Positions 25,932-38,437 of a stretch of DNA of 64,000 nucleotides are shown here, one piece after another. Source of the DNA: Squalus acanthias (lineage: Eukaryota); contig CM059432.1 in NCBI GenBank assembly GCA_030390025.1, positions 38,380,001-38,444,000 on the forward strand, read 5' to 3'. Within the stretch, counting starts at the first letter, position 1; each line of letters opens with the position of its first letter. The notes beneath the pieces were generated by a model, which worked only from the letters and a program-made list of their open reading frames with translations, did no database searches and was not told the DNA's origin. Position numbers and translations under genes: made by a program.

Positions 25932-26577
25932 ATAAAAAGCAAACCAAGCACTCAGGTTTATTTCTAGAGGTATAGAATTGAAAAGATGGGAAGTTATGCT
26001 AATCCTGTATCAAACCTTGGTTAGACCACACTTAGAGTACTGCGTACAGTTCTGGTCACCATATTATAAAAAGGATATAGAGGCACTGGAGAGGGTGCAG
26101 AGAAGATTTACAAGGATGATACCAGAAAGGCGAGGGTATACATATCAGGAAAGGATGAACAGGCTGGGTCTCTTTTCTCTTGAAAAAAGAAGGCTGAGGA
26201 GTGACCTAATAGAGGTCTTTAATATTATGAAAGGTTTTGATAGAGAGATAATGTTTCCACTTGTAGGGAAGAGCATAACTAGAGGCCATCAATATAAGAT
26301 AGTCACCAAGAAATCCAATAGGAAATTCAGAAGAAACTTCTTTACCCAAAGAGTGGTGAGAATGTGGAACTCGCTCCACAGGGAGTGGTTGAAGCGAAAA
26401 GTATAGATGCATTTAAGGGGAGGCTAGACAAGCATATGAGGGGGAAGGGAATAGAGGGTTATGCTGATAGATTTAGATGAGGAAAGACGGGAGGAGGCTC
26501 GAATGGAGCATAAACGCCGGCATGGACTGGTTGGGCCGAATGGCCTGTTTCTGTGCCGTATAACCTATGTAATCCTA
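25932..26577 (+). mobile_element. 5'-truncated CR1 inserted in Myb exon 3
   Basis: ORF 25978..26406 LVRPHLEYCVQFWSP...RVVRMWNSL; the Myb frame (RASSLA / MSSAAQD) resumes after removal. Confidence 0.9.
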
Positions 26578-27050
26578 TGAGTTCTGCTGCACAGGACTCA
26601 GATGAGGACCTCGATGGGGAGACCTTTAGAAGAATGGTGATGGGCATGCACATGGGGACGATAGGTGCAATGGCAAGGGTGCCTGAGAGCCTCTCGGCAA
26701 TGGTAAGGAGCGTGCAGGAGTCTGCCTCCAACATTGCACAGAGCTCTGCACACACCATGGAGCTCATCATTTCCAGTCTGCAAAGGATGATAGACTCCCA
26801 GAGACACCGTGGCGACCCAGACCTGATGTCGTGTGTGATGGGCGATCTGGCAGCATCCATTACAGCACAGGCGGAAGCGACGCAATGTCTTAGTGCTGTA
26901 ATGCAGTCCAAGCTTGGTGGCATCCAATCTCAGACTGCTCTCATGCAGTCTCAGCTTGATGCCACGCAAGCTCTGACTGCTGCCATTGTGGTTGGGTCTA
27001 CCAGCATCGACTGGGGCTTTCACAGTGTCGCAGTAGGCCAGCAATCTGTG

Positions 27051-28376
27051 TGAAGGAATAAGCCATAAAACCTATTCAGAAAAATATACCATTCTACGAA
27101 AGAATTCTGGCCTTATTAAAACATGACAAACTGGGTTTGGAAATCTTACAACCTAACAATGGAGAAGCTGTATTGTTAACAGCATTCAGGCTATTGAGAT
27201 AAGATAAGTTGTTGACACTGAATCAATAACATTATTGAAACAGGAGGTTGGAGGCTCCTGAAGTCTGAAGCTTTGGAAAGAACACAATGGTACACCCTGT
27301 TAAGGTGTTCTAAATTACACTTTGGAAAGAAACACATAAAATTAAGAAACATATGCCTTCATAAAAATGACATCAAGTAAAAGAAACACCTGCTGTCAAA
27401 CCATTTTTGTGTTGAACTTGGAATACCTAGAGGGGAGGAGAGACACGATTCTGTGTTACAACCAGCTGAGGTGATTAAGAATTGCATAGATCACCCTGGT
27501 TGAGGTGTTTTAATTTACACTTTGTAAAAAGACAGAAACAGAAGGCCTTGGTAAAAATGACATCAAATAGATGCACCTGCTGTTACACCGTTTTTTTATG
27601 GTGGGCTTGGGACACCTGGGGTAGAGACATAATTCTGCATTGCTACCAGCTGAAGTGACTGTAAGAATTGCAGGGGTCAGCAGAAAAATGACTAGAGATA
27701 ATTAGCTTACATCAGCAGAAAACTTCAAAGGAAATACCACTGAAAAAGGATATAAATATTGAACTTTCAAATAGGATAGTAGATTCGCTGTAAAGGGGCA
27801 AAGTGATTCTCGGCTTCAGAGGCAGGCTCTGTAAGTCTCCAACTCTTTGTATCTCAGGGATCAACGGTACTTTATTTGATTTTGGTGGATATTCTGAATA
27901 AAAACTAAGAACTGTAAAACTGTAGTGAAGTTAAGATCTGATACTAAGAATTGTAAGCTTTCTCTTTTTGGAGAATGTTAATGTTGCGTTGAAACACCTA
28001 CTGTAATTACATGCCGGTTCTTTAATAAATCTATATATTTTTAGAATTGTCTCTCATAATACTTCTGTATCAAACTCGCAAACTCAATCTCTGTACACTC
28101 TTTGGTGAGGAGTTGCAGAATTCTGGGGGAGTTTTCTGGACCCTCATAATATCCGGAACGTTACAGTCTAGCTAAACTTATTAAAAGTGCTATCTGGAGG
28201 ACGGTAACATCTTCACGTTGTTCCTTTCCTTTAGGGAGAGATGGTCCAGACCTTTAGACCCAATTAAGTGTCTTTAGGATTCAGCTACCTCAAACTTTAG
28301 TTGAAAGTGAACGTCTGGGGAATACGCCTGATCTGGGGTAGCCCTAAAGGGGCTAGGACTAGTAATTATCCCTTCA
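27051..28376 (+). mobile_element. Solo LTR (retrovirus or LTR retrotransposon), 1326 bp
   Basis: Termini TGAAGGAATAA...TTATCCCTTCA (TG..CA, inverted); TCTGTG on both sides; TATAAA at 27751, AATAAA at 27897 and 28024; no ORF; the Myb frame QQSV/LQQI is restored on removal. Confidence 0.8.
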
Positions 28377-28918
28377 TCTGTGCTCCAGCAGATTGGTACG
28401 GATGCTGAAGTGCTGCCCCGGGGGAGTGGCAGTGGGTCAGTGGAGCAGGAACCTACTGTCCTCTCTCAGGATGACAGCATTCCTGGTCCCACCACTGCCA
28501 CTCCGCCATTGCCCTTGAAGCTGCCTGTCTTCCAGCCAGCCCATGCTGAATGGTGCAGTCTACTGCCATGCCTTCCAGGCTCAGAGCTGGTCGAGGGCGT
28601 CCTGCAAGGCCATCTGAAGTCTCCCGCATGGACACTCAGCAGCCTTCCACCAGCTGTGCTGCAGCCACTGGGCCAACACTTTGTAGGAACACTAGAGTAG
28701 GCAAAGGCACAGTAATGAGAGGCACGAAGGGATTGCACAAGGGTGAATAGGTAATATTGTTGTTGTAAATACGTGTTCACTGATTATTGATAAATTTATT
28801 AATTCAGCAGTTTGGATTATTTTGTGGTGTCTCTCATTTCAGCTTTGCGCTGTGATATGGCCTGCGACAGGGATGGAATGATGGGGATGTGGTGAGCAAT
28901 GGGGATCTGGGGTTTAAT

Positions 28919-30085
28919 TTATTGGAACCGCAGTCTGATGAGGTGGTTACGAACCGCCCTTCCGGAAAGCCGATTGAGTGGCTGCATCCTCCCTCACTCC
29001 TGTTCCTCCTCCTCCTCATCTTCCTCTTCCTCCTCATCCTCCTCCTCCTCTCCCTCTTCCTCCTCCTGAGGTGGTCCTGCAATCCCTGGTGGCAAGGGCT
29101 GGGCCCTCATGATGGCCAAGTTGTGGAGCATGCGGCAGACCTTGACAAAATGGGATACCCACTCAGCCGATTACTGGAGGGACTCCTCCCGAGCAGTCAA
29201 GGCAGCGGAAGCGTTGCTTGAGTACCCCGATGGTCTGCTTGATAATGTTCCTGGTGGTGGCATGGCTCTCATTATATGAGTGCTGGGCAGGAGTGTTGGG
29301 GTTGCAGAGGGGAGTCATGAGCCAGGTGGAGAGTGGATAACTTTTGTCTCCGACCAGCCAGCCATGAGCTTGATGTGGTGGCTGGAAGAGTGCTGGCACA
29401 GCGGTCTGGCGCAGAATGAAGGCATCGTGGCTGCTGTCAGGATAGCGGGCATTCATATTGAGGATTCGCTGTCTGTGTTCACACACCAACTGCACATTAA
29501 GTGAATGGTAGTCTTCGCGGTTACGAAAGATCTCAGGATTGTTATGCGGTGCCCACAAAATGACGTGGGTGCAGTCAATGGCACCCTGCACCATGGGGAA
29601 GCCATATGCCCATTCGTCCTGCTTCTCTCTGGTGATGGCGAAGGAAATGTAGTCCCTTCTCCTACTGTAGAGAGCCTCTGTGACCTCCCGGATGAAGCAA
29701 TTGGCAGTGAACTACAAGATGTTAGCTATATCGCCTGTTGCAGACTGGAAGGATCTGCTGGCGAAGAAATTGAGGGCAACGGTGACCTTGACTGCCACTG
29801 AGAGAGCCGTGGTCACCCTGATCTGAGGCTCGAGGTCTGGTTGCAGGGGGTGGCAGAGTTCTGTGACCACCTCCTTGCTGAAGCAGAGCCTTCTAATACA
29901 CTGCTCCTCGCTTAATTGGAAGTAGTAGAAGTGCTGTTGGAAGACCCTCAGAGGATAAGGCCTCCTTTTGAGAGCCCTCATGGCCCTCCTCCTCCCTTTG
30001 GCCACATGTTCCAATCTTTCTCGCTGCCTCGCTCCCTCTGCTGTAAATCCTGGAGGGCGAGGTTGACTGCCAGTACAGCTCCCAT
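28919..30085 (-). pseudogene. Harbinger (HARBI1-type) DDE transposase, frameshifted
   Basis: RRPYPLRVF, AVKVTVALNFF, GAIDCTHV, SHDAFIL, LVGDKSYP, RNIIKQTIG (K where the 6270-8579 copy has E), acidic tail. Confidence 0.92.
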
Positions 30086-30589
30086 TAATGTAACCAAGTG
30101 TCGCACTTGATATTTTGTGAGAATAAATGTAACTAATTGTTAGTAGCCACAACACTCCTGATACTAAACAACCTTTAAATGACTGAATTAAACTGTTGCA
30201 CAATGTCAAACTGACAGGGAAGCAATGAACAGCACTAACATGACAGCTGCGACTCATTACTCATGACCCCTTTAAGTAGCGCCCCTGGAGCCAGCATCAG
30301 CCTGCTTGACGTCTCCTCTCCCTGTCGCTGTCGGGGCGAGGCGCTAAGGCAGGTGGTGACAATGAATTTTGCACATCGGGCGCCCAGTGAGCGTTGCATC
30401 ACGATCTGCCTGGCGCTGAGGTCCCCGACGGTAACTCATTGCAGCGACGCTACGGGGGGGGGGGCGGATTTGGCGTGCGTCGCTGGGGGCGTTAACTGGA
30501 GGCACTAACCAACTGAATTTTTCCCCCTGAATGTTGTATTTCACAGTTAACATTGCTGTGGTCCAAACAAAGCCTTTTTTTTCCAAATA

Positions 30590-31390
30590 TTCACTCATAT
30601 GTGTGGAGAAAAATATTTCTAATCCCTATTGTAGCTTGAAGCTAGTTAACTATATATTCAGTTGCCTGATTCTGCAATCACAGTCCAGTTGAATACTTGC
30701 TTATATTAATGTTATTCATGCCTTTTCATGACCTAGCTCAATCTTTTCTTCAATAAAAAACAGTTGAGTTCCATCACTGTCTCTTCCTAACTGAGCCCTC
30801 ATCACTATTCTCTGAACTGTCTCCAATGCATCAAGATTCTTTTGAAACTAAGATGAAAAATTGCAAATGTGACATCACTTGTGACCTTTGAAAGGTTGAA
30901 AAAAATCTCTCTTGACTTATAATCAAATGTTTTTGAGATGCATGATGGCTTGGTTAGCCACGTTGATAACAGCTTCACTTTTGAGTACTTTCACTGAATG
31001 GTCAGTAATCAGAGCAAAATTCTTTTCCTGTTCCATCAAATATATTTCTATTCATTCGCTTCAGGATTCCTGTTCAGTGTGCATTAGCCTGCATTTATCC
31101 ACAATAAAAATCCATCTGTCATTCTTCTGTTCATCCATTTAATTCATGCAGATCCCTTTGATTGCGATTCATTTTTCTTATACTTGTCATCTGGCCATAT
31201 ATTTTGATGTCATCAGCAAATTTCATAATATTAAAAGAACTACTATTCTCCATATGATTTATAAAGAGTCTACACAGCGGGGACTCAGAACCAACTCCTG
31301 TAGAGCTCCACCAATCACTGTCCCATCCCCAAAGAGAGAGCTTTTGCCATCTATTATTACCATCTATTTTTCATCAATCTTATTTTCAAC
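30590..31390 (-). mobile_element. Old, highly decayed CR1-like fragment
   Basis: Residual blocks such as GATGTCATCAGCAAATTT (KFADDI on the minus strand) and a TGCATTTATCCAC...TCCATCTG segment. Confidence 0.5.
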
Positions 31391-31419
31391 ATATTGTCTG
31401 AATGCATTATGACAGACAG

Positions 31420-31680
31420 TCTGGAATATCAGAGGTTGGTTTTAACCGCGAAGGAAAATTGCTGAACATCTTAAAGTATGCTGATGATACAGTACTGATT
31501 TCAGTTACAAAAGGGTGTGGGGGGGGGCGCGGTTACGAGAGATACATGTGAAGGCAAATCAGTGAAGTTGGAATATGGATGTAAAATAAATGCTAAGTAG
31601 CCAAAATCAACAATAATGACAAAGGAAGTGGACTTTAGAGTGGACAATATGTAGATAAGACTAAGTAGACAAAATTATTC
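31420..31680 (+). mobile_element. Old non-LTR RT fragment (RTE-like)
   Basis: Translates LLNILKYADDTVLIS around 31460-31505. Confidence 0.45.
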
Positions 31681-32892
31681 AACGTCCTAGCACCAATATG
31701 CTCCACTTATACACGTGGTACTATTAAATCATGCCAAGAGCACCACTCAAGACTCATTTTTTAATGAGCCACTTTTTTCAGCACATACAAGCTAGTGGCA
31801 TTTAGTAGCAGAATATGATACTGCACCAAACTTTCTCATATTGACAGGTTAAACAATTTGGGTCACTGTGATCTTTTCTACAGTGTCAAACTGAAAAATC
31901 AATGAATAGATATGCAGGTAGATTGAATAGCTGAAATGGAATACCAATGAATGGATCTGTAGGTCATTTGAAGAGTAAAAATGGAATATCAATGGATGGA
32001 TATATAACTAGATTGAGCAATAATTCAGCCAACATATTCTAAGACCCGGTGGCACTGGCAGAGCCTTGCGTGCAGTGGATGGTTTATTGCACTACCCCAT
32101 GATGTTCTTTCCAGTCAGCCAATGAACAGAGGCAAGGAGCCCATGAAATCACTCCAAAAGAGTTTTTAAAGATATTTTTAGCTGTCATCTTAGATTCCCA
32201 CTGTGATAAGAAGGTTAGCACTAGGAGGGTTTGTAACACAATAAAATGATAAAAAATTACAAAATTTACAGGCAAACAATTTAACCTATTGAGAGCGTAA
32301 CTTTTCCGATGTTAGAAATGCCTCTGTTCTCCATCAGAAGCCTATGCCAATGTGAAAATCCCGAGCCTTGAGTTCATGCAGCTTTCTGGACCGATGGTTA
32401 TGAGCTGATGAGAATTAACATGTTAGATAACTATAGTTCCCAGTATGCATCAACAATGACTACTTCTAGAAAATCTTTATGGGCCACAGCAAAACTGACC
32501 ATTCACAAAGCATGCAAAGATTTTCTATCTGTGACTTTTGCTCCCTCCTCCACTCCTATACATTGACGAAAAATTACTACAGACAAAAAAAGCACAGAAA
32601 ACATTTTTGGGAGCAATGAAAATAGCCAGATTTTTTTTTAACATGTGAAGCATCAAAACCTGAATGTTACAAGAATGACAAAGATGGGCTTGAACTGGCT
32701 CATGGCACTGACAGCACAAGGAATGGGTTGCAATTTGATGGAAGTCCATCCATCCCGCTAACTTGAATTGGCGACTCACGGATAAAAAGCCTGGGCCTGG
32801 GGTGGATAAAATCCAGCAATGCAGCAGCTCTTAAAGAGCTGCATCTGAATTTAAAAAGGGAACCATAGAACCATTGAAATTTGGAACACATT

Positions 32893-33944
32893 GGCTGCGA
32901 TTTTCTCCTCCGTGTCGGGATGGGTGTGCGTCAGCTGGTTTCCGGGTTCTGGTCCTGCCCCCCAGCTGCCTCCACTCTGGAATCGAGATTTTCCCTTGAT
33001 TGGCCTTGTTAAGCCCGCCCTGCAGGTTTACCGGCCAATTAACAGGAAGCCGGTCTGATGACGTCATTTGATGACGCATCATCTGCTGGTTTCCTTAAAG
33101 GGACCATGCACAATTTTATTTTGACAGTTGATTTTTCAGTGTTTGACAGCATTGAGGTGCAGCAAACACTGAAAATCACTGCACAAAGGTGAACTCTTGC
33201 ACCCAGGCTCTCCAATGACTCCCTCCATATGCTTATGGAGGGAGTCACAGTACACAGGGATGTTCTCTTCTCTTCCAAGGGCGGAAGAGACCTCCCCAGG
33301 ACACCAACTTACCTTGGACCTCCACCCAACTCTTTCTATCTACTTTATCAGTTCCCCATCTCACTAGGTGTGATTGTTTCTATAATGGCTCCGATGTTAC
33401 TGGAAAAGATGGCAGCTGCAGGTGAGATGACAGGAGCGATCTGTCACTGGTGAGAGAGGTTCTCCCAATGAGGTGGCACTGGACATATAGTTGGATTTTA
33501 AAACTTGTAAGCTAAAGAAATCTGTATATGTTTTAAAAATGCAGTAACCAACATTTTCTTTGCTCTGAAACTCACCACGTGCAACATTGGATCCTTCACA
33601 CCACTTCTGCAGCTGTCATCTTTTCACAAACATTACACCAGACTCACAACACGCCACACTTACCTGGCGTGGTGTCCGGACGCCGGGAAACCCGACCCAG
33701 AAGCGGGAAAATCCCAAAACAGGCTGAAAACTACTGACAAGTACCTGTTAATAGGCAGGTAATTGCCTTTAATCTGCTTCCCGCCGCTAGGTGTCGGGTC
33801 CATTCGCAAATCGGGGACCCGACACTTGGGAAAGCTGTTTGGAGGCGGGTTGACAGCGGGATCGGAACCCGCTGTCAATCAAATCGAATTTAACCTCTGA
33901 CCCGCCTCCAAACCCGCCCTCTGAGCGCCGGCAAAATCGCGGCC
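32893..33944. mobile_element. Non-autonomous Harbinger-type element (family C)
   Basis: TIRs GGCTGCGATTTT / AAAATCGCGGCC; perfect ATT TSD; homologous to 11021-11855 (reverse) and to parts of 57333-59045. Confidence 0.85.
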
Positions 33945-34448
33945 ATTGTGTTTGTGATTGTTCTTTGCTAGAGAAATTCCAAACTACTCACACTGCGCTG
34001 CTGTCTTTCCACAGCAATATATCTTCCTCTGCTTGAAATATATAACCAATTTCCCTTAAAATACACAGTGGTCCCTACATTAATCACTCCCTACTGCAAA
34101 ACAGTCGATGCTGCATCTGCATAAAGAATCTTCTCCTAACCTGTCTCCTCACTCTCCTTGGTGATAATTTTAAATTGATAACCCCTAATCACTGACTCCA
34201 CAACAAGAAGAAACAGTCTTGCTCTGTTCACTCTATCAAAACACTTCTTGATTTTAAAGACTTCTATTAAATCTAATCTTAGCCTTCTCTGCTTCAGGGA
34301 AATAGTTCCAGTAAGGCTGATTTTAACTCTTTCCTCCCAACCTGAAAATCGAAGTGCAACACTTATCATCTTGCTGCCACTCCAATCCCACCCGCTGCCA
34401 TTTTGCTTGAGGCCGTTCCCAAATGTACCCACTGGAAGCAGGCGGAAG

Positions 34449-34692
34449 TCATAGTCATCGAGTCATAACAGCACATTCGGCCCATCGAGTCCATGCTGGC
34501 TCTCTGTAGAGCAATCCAGTCAGTCCCATTCCCCCGCTCTATCCCCGTAGCCCTGCAAGTTTATTCGCCTCAAGTGCCTATCCAGTCTCCCTTTGAAAAC
34601 ATTGAGTGTCTCCGCTTCCACCACTTCCGTCGGCAGCGAGTTCCAGATCCTCACCACTCGCTACAAAAAGAAGTTTTTCCTCACATCCCCTC
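34449..34692 (-). mobile_element. CR1 3' end
   Basis: Closely similar to 20960-21210. Confidence 0.85.
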
Positions 34693-34976
34693 GTATTCAT
34701 TAAAGTATGTAAATTGGGGTCCTATGATGTCAATAGGACCCTGATGTCAATTATACTTTGCAAACGCAGAAGTAATATACAGTGCTTGGCCCACCCAGTG
34801 CTGCATGACATGAAATGGCAATTAGAATCATTATTTAAACATACCTGCAAGTAGTCAGATCATTGGTATCTGTGTGCAATTCACCTGCTGGATTTCTTCA
34901 CAATTTTTTCCATTGGAATTTGCTGATTGTCACTTTTCTTCTACTTGTAAACCCTCATGAAGCCCAGGTATCAGGA

Positions 34977-35310
34977 TGGGAAGTCATCCTGGCCACTCTA
35001 CTGTGCTTGGAGGAAGAGGAGCAACAGGAACAGCAGCAGCAGGCTAACGAAGTTCAAGGAGCTGCAGGTATGGCTCTGAGGAGACCACACGTGAGGAGAA
35101 CTACTCACAGGTGGTTTTACCCTGCCCTTAGGGTCTATAGGCCCAGAGTCAGTTACCTCCAGTTTTCAGAGGTGCAGTGCTTCATGAGGCTATACTTCAC
35201 CAGACTTGTGCAGCCTCTTACAACAAGCTGGCCATGCATTGTGTGTGACGGTCAAAGTGTCTACCGCCCTCATTTTTTTCTTTGTCTCAGGCTCTTTTCA
35301 AGGTGACATC
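34977..35310 (+). pseudogene. Harbinger transposase N-terminal remnant (decayed element of about 34313-35427)
   Basis: YPALRVYRPRVSYLQFSEVQCFMRLYF then VTVKVSTALIFFFVSGSFQ; TIR-like AAAATTAGCCCC ending at 35427. Confidence 0.6.
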
Positions 35311-35789
35311 AGTCACACTAATCAGTCAATTGACAGCAATGGAAATAAGAATCGTGAGAGATGTAAAACAGGCTGCCGATTCGCTATCACCTGTTTTACA
35401 CTACTGCACAAAATCAAAATTAGCCCCATTGTGTGCATGACTTCACAAGTTCACAGCTGTTCTCAATGCTCATGAACTGCCCCCTATTAACACACTGACA
35501 TTTCTAGCTTGAAAAACAGGGCTCTGCTCCTATGAATGACCCTTTACAAAACTTACAAACTTCATCTAAAATTCACACACACACACACGAGCACACAACA
35601 TCAAAAGTAGATTCGAAATCAATAAGACCAAGAATGTAACTTTTCCAAAATACTGCACATTGGTTTTCCAAGTTAGGCTGTACTTTTAGGGGATTTTACA
35701 AACACCTGTAAACATATCCAGTTCAGTTACAAAAATATTTGACATACCACACAACTGGCTCAGGAAATAGCGCTCCAGCTATCACATAC

Positions 35790-35812
35790 CTGCAAGGTTA
35801 CTCATGAATCGT
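35790..35812 (-). other. Candidate 23-nt host microexon
   Basis: Minus strand: ...tctactttgttcag|ACGATTCATGAGTAACCTTGCAG|gtatgtg, in non-repeat sequence; only one frame is open (RFMSNLA). Confidence 0.35.
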
Positions 35813-37319
35813 CTGAACAAAGTAGACATTTTTCAGGTTCTCCTCAGTCTTTATGGCAACAACAAGCAACAACTAATTCAAGACCATTTTAAGCAACCAA
35901 GCGTTGACTTTATGCTGGAGTTTTGCTTACTAAGATGTCAGAAGTATGAGTTAACATTTGTTTATTCACACAGTGAAACATGGCATTTCTTTGTAAACAT
36001 TCTGGGGCCTAAATCAACGGGCATAAAACGGGTGCAACAATGCCAAATTTAGCAGTGGGAAGGCCTGTGCTCGATTTGCATGTGCGCCCGGGGCCACTGC
36101 TAAATTCGGCGGGGCTTTTTTTTTAGGATGCCCAAGCCTCATTTCAATATTGAAACGAGGCTCCTGCGCGCAATTCCAGGCCCGTTCACGAAATTCGTTT
36201 AAACTAGTTGGAGCTTGAGCTGCGCAGGCTCCGACTACATTTTCAGGCTTGACAGTGGCCTAACCAGTGGTCCTTGAAGTGACCACTGTTGGCTGTGGAA
36301 GAAGCCTGCAGGTAAGTTTTTTTTTAACTTATATTAATGTGGAGCCAGGAGGAACATGAATGCTTATTCCCTCCACATTAAGACTATAGCTGCCGCCGAT
36401 CCATGCTTCCCTTTTCTCGAGCACGTCCCCCTCTCCTGGACTTACCTGTGGATCTCGGCTACCATCTGAGCCAGTCAAAATTGGTCAGATCCTGACCTGT
36501 AAGCTGTATCGGGGCGCCCAATTGGCATCCGTGGCTTGCCGCAATTATGATGATGAGGCCCGAGAACCAATTTAGGACGGTCCTCGGATCTCCCCGTTCT
36601 GGCACACCTTGGCTGTGTGCCGGATGGATCGCGCCCATTTTCAGGTACTAATAAACTTGATTGGTTCAACATACATTTCTATACATTCGTTCCATAATTT
36701 TTGGGCAAGACATTAACTCCATTGGAAGCATTAGACCCCAAGAGCTTAAAAAGCAAACTTTTCTTTATTCAATGTCATCGGCTTGTCTATAAACATTACT
36801 TTATATCTTCAGTTGATTCCTGCCAACATCAGGTTGACACAGTAATTGCAATAGGGACCCGAATTCACTGTAAATTAGTTGAGTAAAATTTCCAATAATG
36901 CATATAACTGAATATACAATATTCGATGCTATTAATAGTCTTTGCAGTGATATCAATCCAAGTTATGCTAACATTTTTAAGTCCAGTTTCAGATCATATC
37001 ATTGCTAATTCAAACAAAATTAATTCGAGGTTTTATCTTTTGTGGAAGGGCCCATTCCCTTAGTGCGGGGATACACAAAATAGAGGGAGACTTCTCAGTT
37101 TTGTCTTTGATCAATATATACTCTTATCAGCAGCTAAAGGTCATTTTCGCATCACTGTGTAACGATGCCCCTGACCTCCAGTTTCAATTCTGCACTGTGT
37201 TCTTTCTTCCTGCTTCATAACTCTGTCATGTTTTCCCTGTAATCAGAAGTTAGTTTGCACTAGTTATATACTCAGGCGAACACACGCCGGGATCTGTTGA
37301 ACTCCCTCAGCAATAAGCA

Positions 37320-37695
37320 GTATTCTCATCCTTGTTTTCAAATCCTTCCATGGCCTCGTCCCTCCCTATTACTGTAACCTCCTCCAGCCCTAGAACCCTC
37401 CGAGATCTCTGCGCTCCTCCAATTCTGGCCTCTTGTATATCCTTGATTTTAATCGTTCCACCATTGGCAGCCGTACCTTCAACTGCCAAGGCCCTAAGCT
37501 CTGAATTCCCTCCCTCAACCTCTCCGCCTCTCTACCTCTCTTTCCTCCTTTAAGATGGTCATTAAAACCTACTTCTTTGACCAAACCATTCGGTCATCTG
37601 CCCTAATATCTCCTTATGTGGCTCGGTGTCAAACTTTTTATGATAACACTCCTGATAAATGCACTATATAAATGCAAGTTGTTGTTGTTATTGTT
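37320..37695 (+). mobile_element. L2 LINE 3' end
   Basis: Collinear with 63440-63838; tail TATATAAATGCAAG(TTG)n. Confidence 0.85.
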
Positions 37696-37974
37696 GGAAT
37701 TGGAAATTTTCAATATGAGGCAGTCAGATCAGTTGGAAGGTACACCTGGAGACTGTCAGAACCAATCAGGCTGACCGAATCATTTTCTTCTCCTACTGTT
37801 GGCTATGCACTTACTTGAGACAGGAAAGTTTTAAGATGAGCTGATGGTTTCTGAGATTCACAGACGTCAATGGAAAGGAAAATCGGGCGGTGTGTAAAAT
37901 GAGAGGCTGATTCTCTACCTAAAATCAGCCCTAAAGTGTGGGTTAGAAATGGCGATGAGCTTTATTTAATTAAA

Positions 37975-38437
37975 AAAAAGAAAGAACTTCCATTTACATA
38001 GTGTTTTTCATGTCCTCACAACATCCCAAAGCACTTTGCAGCCAATGAAATACTTTTGCAGTGTAGCCACTGGTGTAATGTAGAACCTGCAGCAGCCAAT
38101 TTATAAACAGCAAGTTCCTACACATAGCAATGAGGAAAATGATCAGACAATTCATTTGAATAGCGTTGGTTGAGGGATAAATGCTGGCTAGGACATCAGG
38201 AGAAATCTCCTGCTCTTTTTTGAATAGTGCAATGGGATATTTTATGTCCACCCCAGAGGGCAGATGGGGTCTCGATTTAATGTCTCATCCAAAAGGCGAC
38301 ACCTCCAACAGTGAGCAGTCCCTCAGTACTGTACTGAAGTATCTGCTTGGATTATGGAATCAAGTCTCTCGAGTGGGTTTGAAACCCACAACCTTCCAAC
38401 TCGGAGGCAAGGGTGATACTGCTGTGCTAAGACTAAC
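37975..38437 (-). mobile_element. DeuSINE (SacSINE1-like), near full length
   Basis: tRNA-like head (GGTTTCAAACCC B-box on minus), Deu-domain-like GGATGAGAC..TAAA..GAG / CCCAT.GCACTATT core; homologous to 55197-55641. Confidence 0.8.

Larger units (their letters stand above)
24879..28750 (+). pseudogene. Harbinger Myb/SANT-like gene; exons 24879-25124, 25352-25514 and 25670-28750 (exon 3 split by a CR1 and an LTR)
   Basis: RERARRFCDHALEALV...WREV...QCRKKFNDL; GT-AG introns with compatible phases (0, 1); exon 2 has TGGG motif; one frameshift near 28548. Confidence 0.9.
24523..30527. mobile_element. Full-length Harbinger DNA transposon (subfamily A) with two nested insertions
   Basis: TIRs GGGGGAGAAATTCA / TGAATTTTTCCCCC; perfect TGA TSD; Myb gene on +, transposase on -, convergent. 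Confidence 0.93.
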
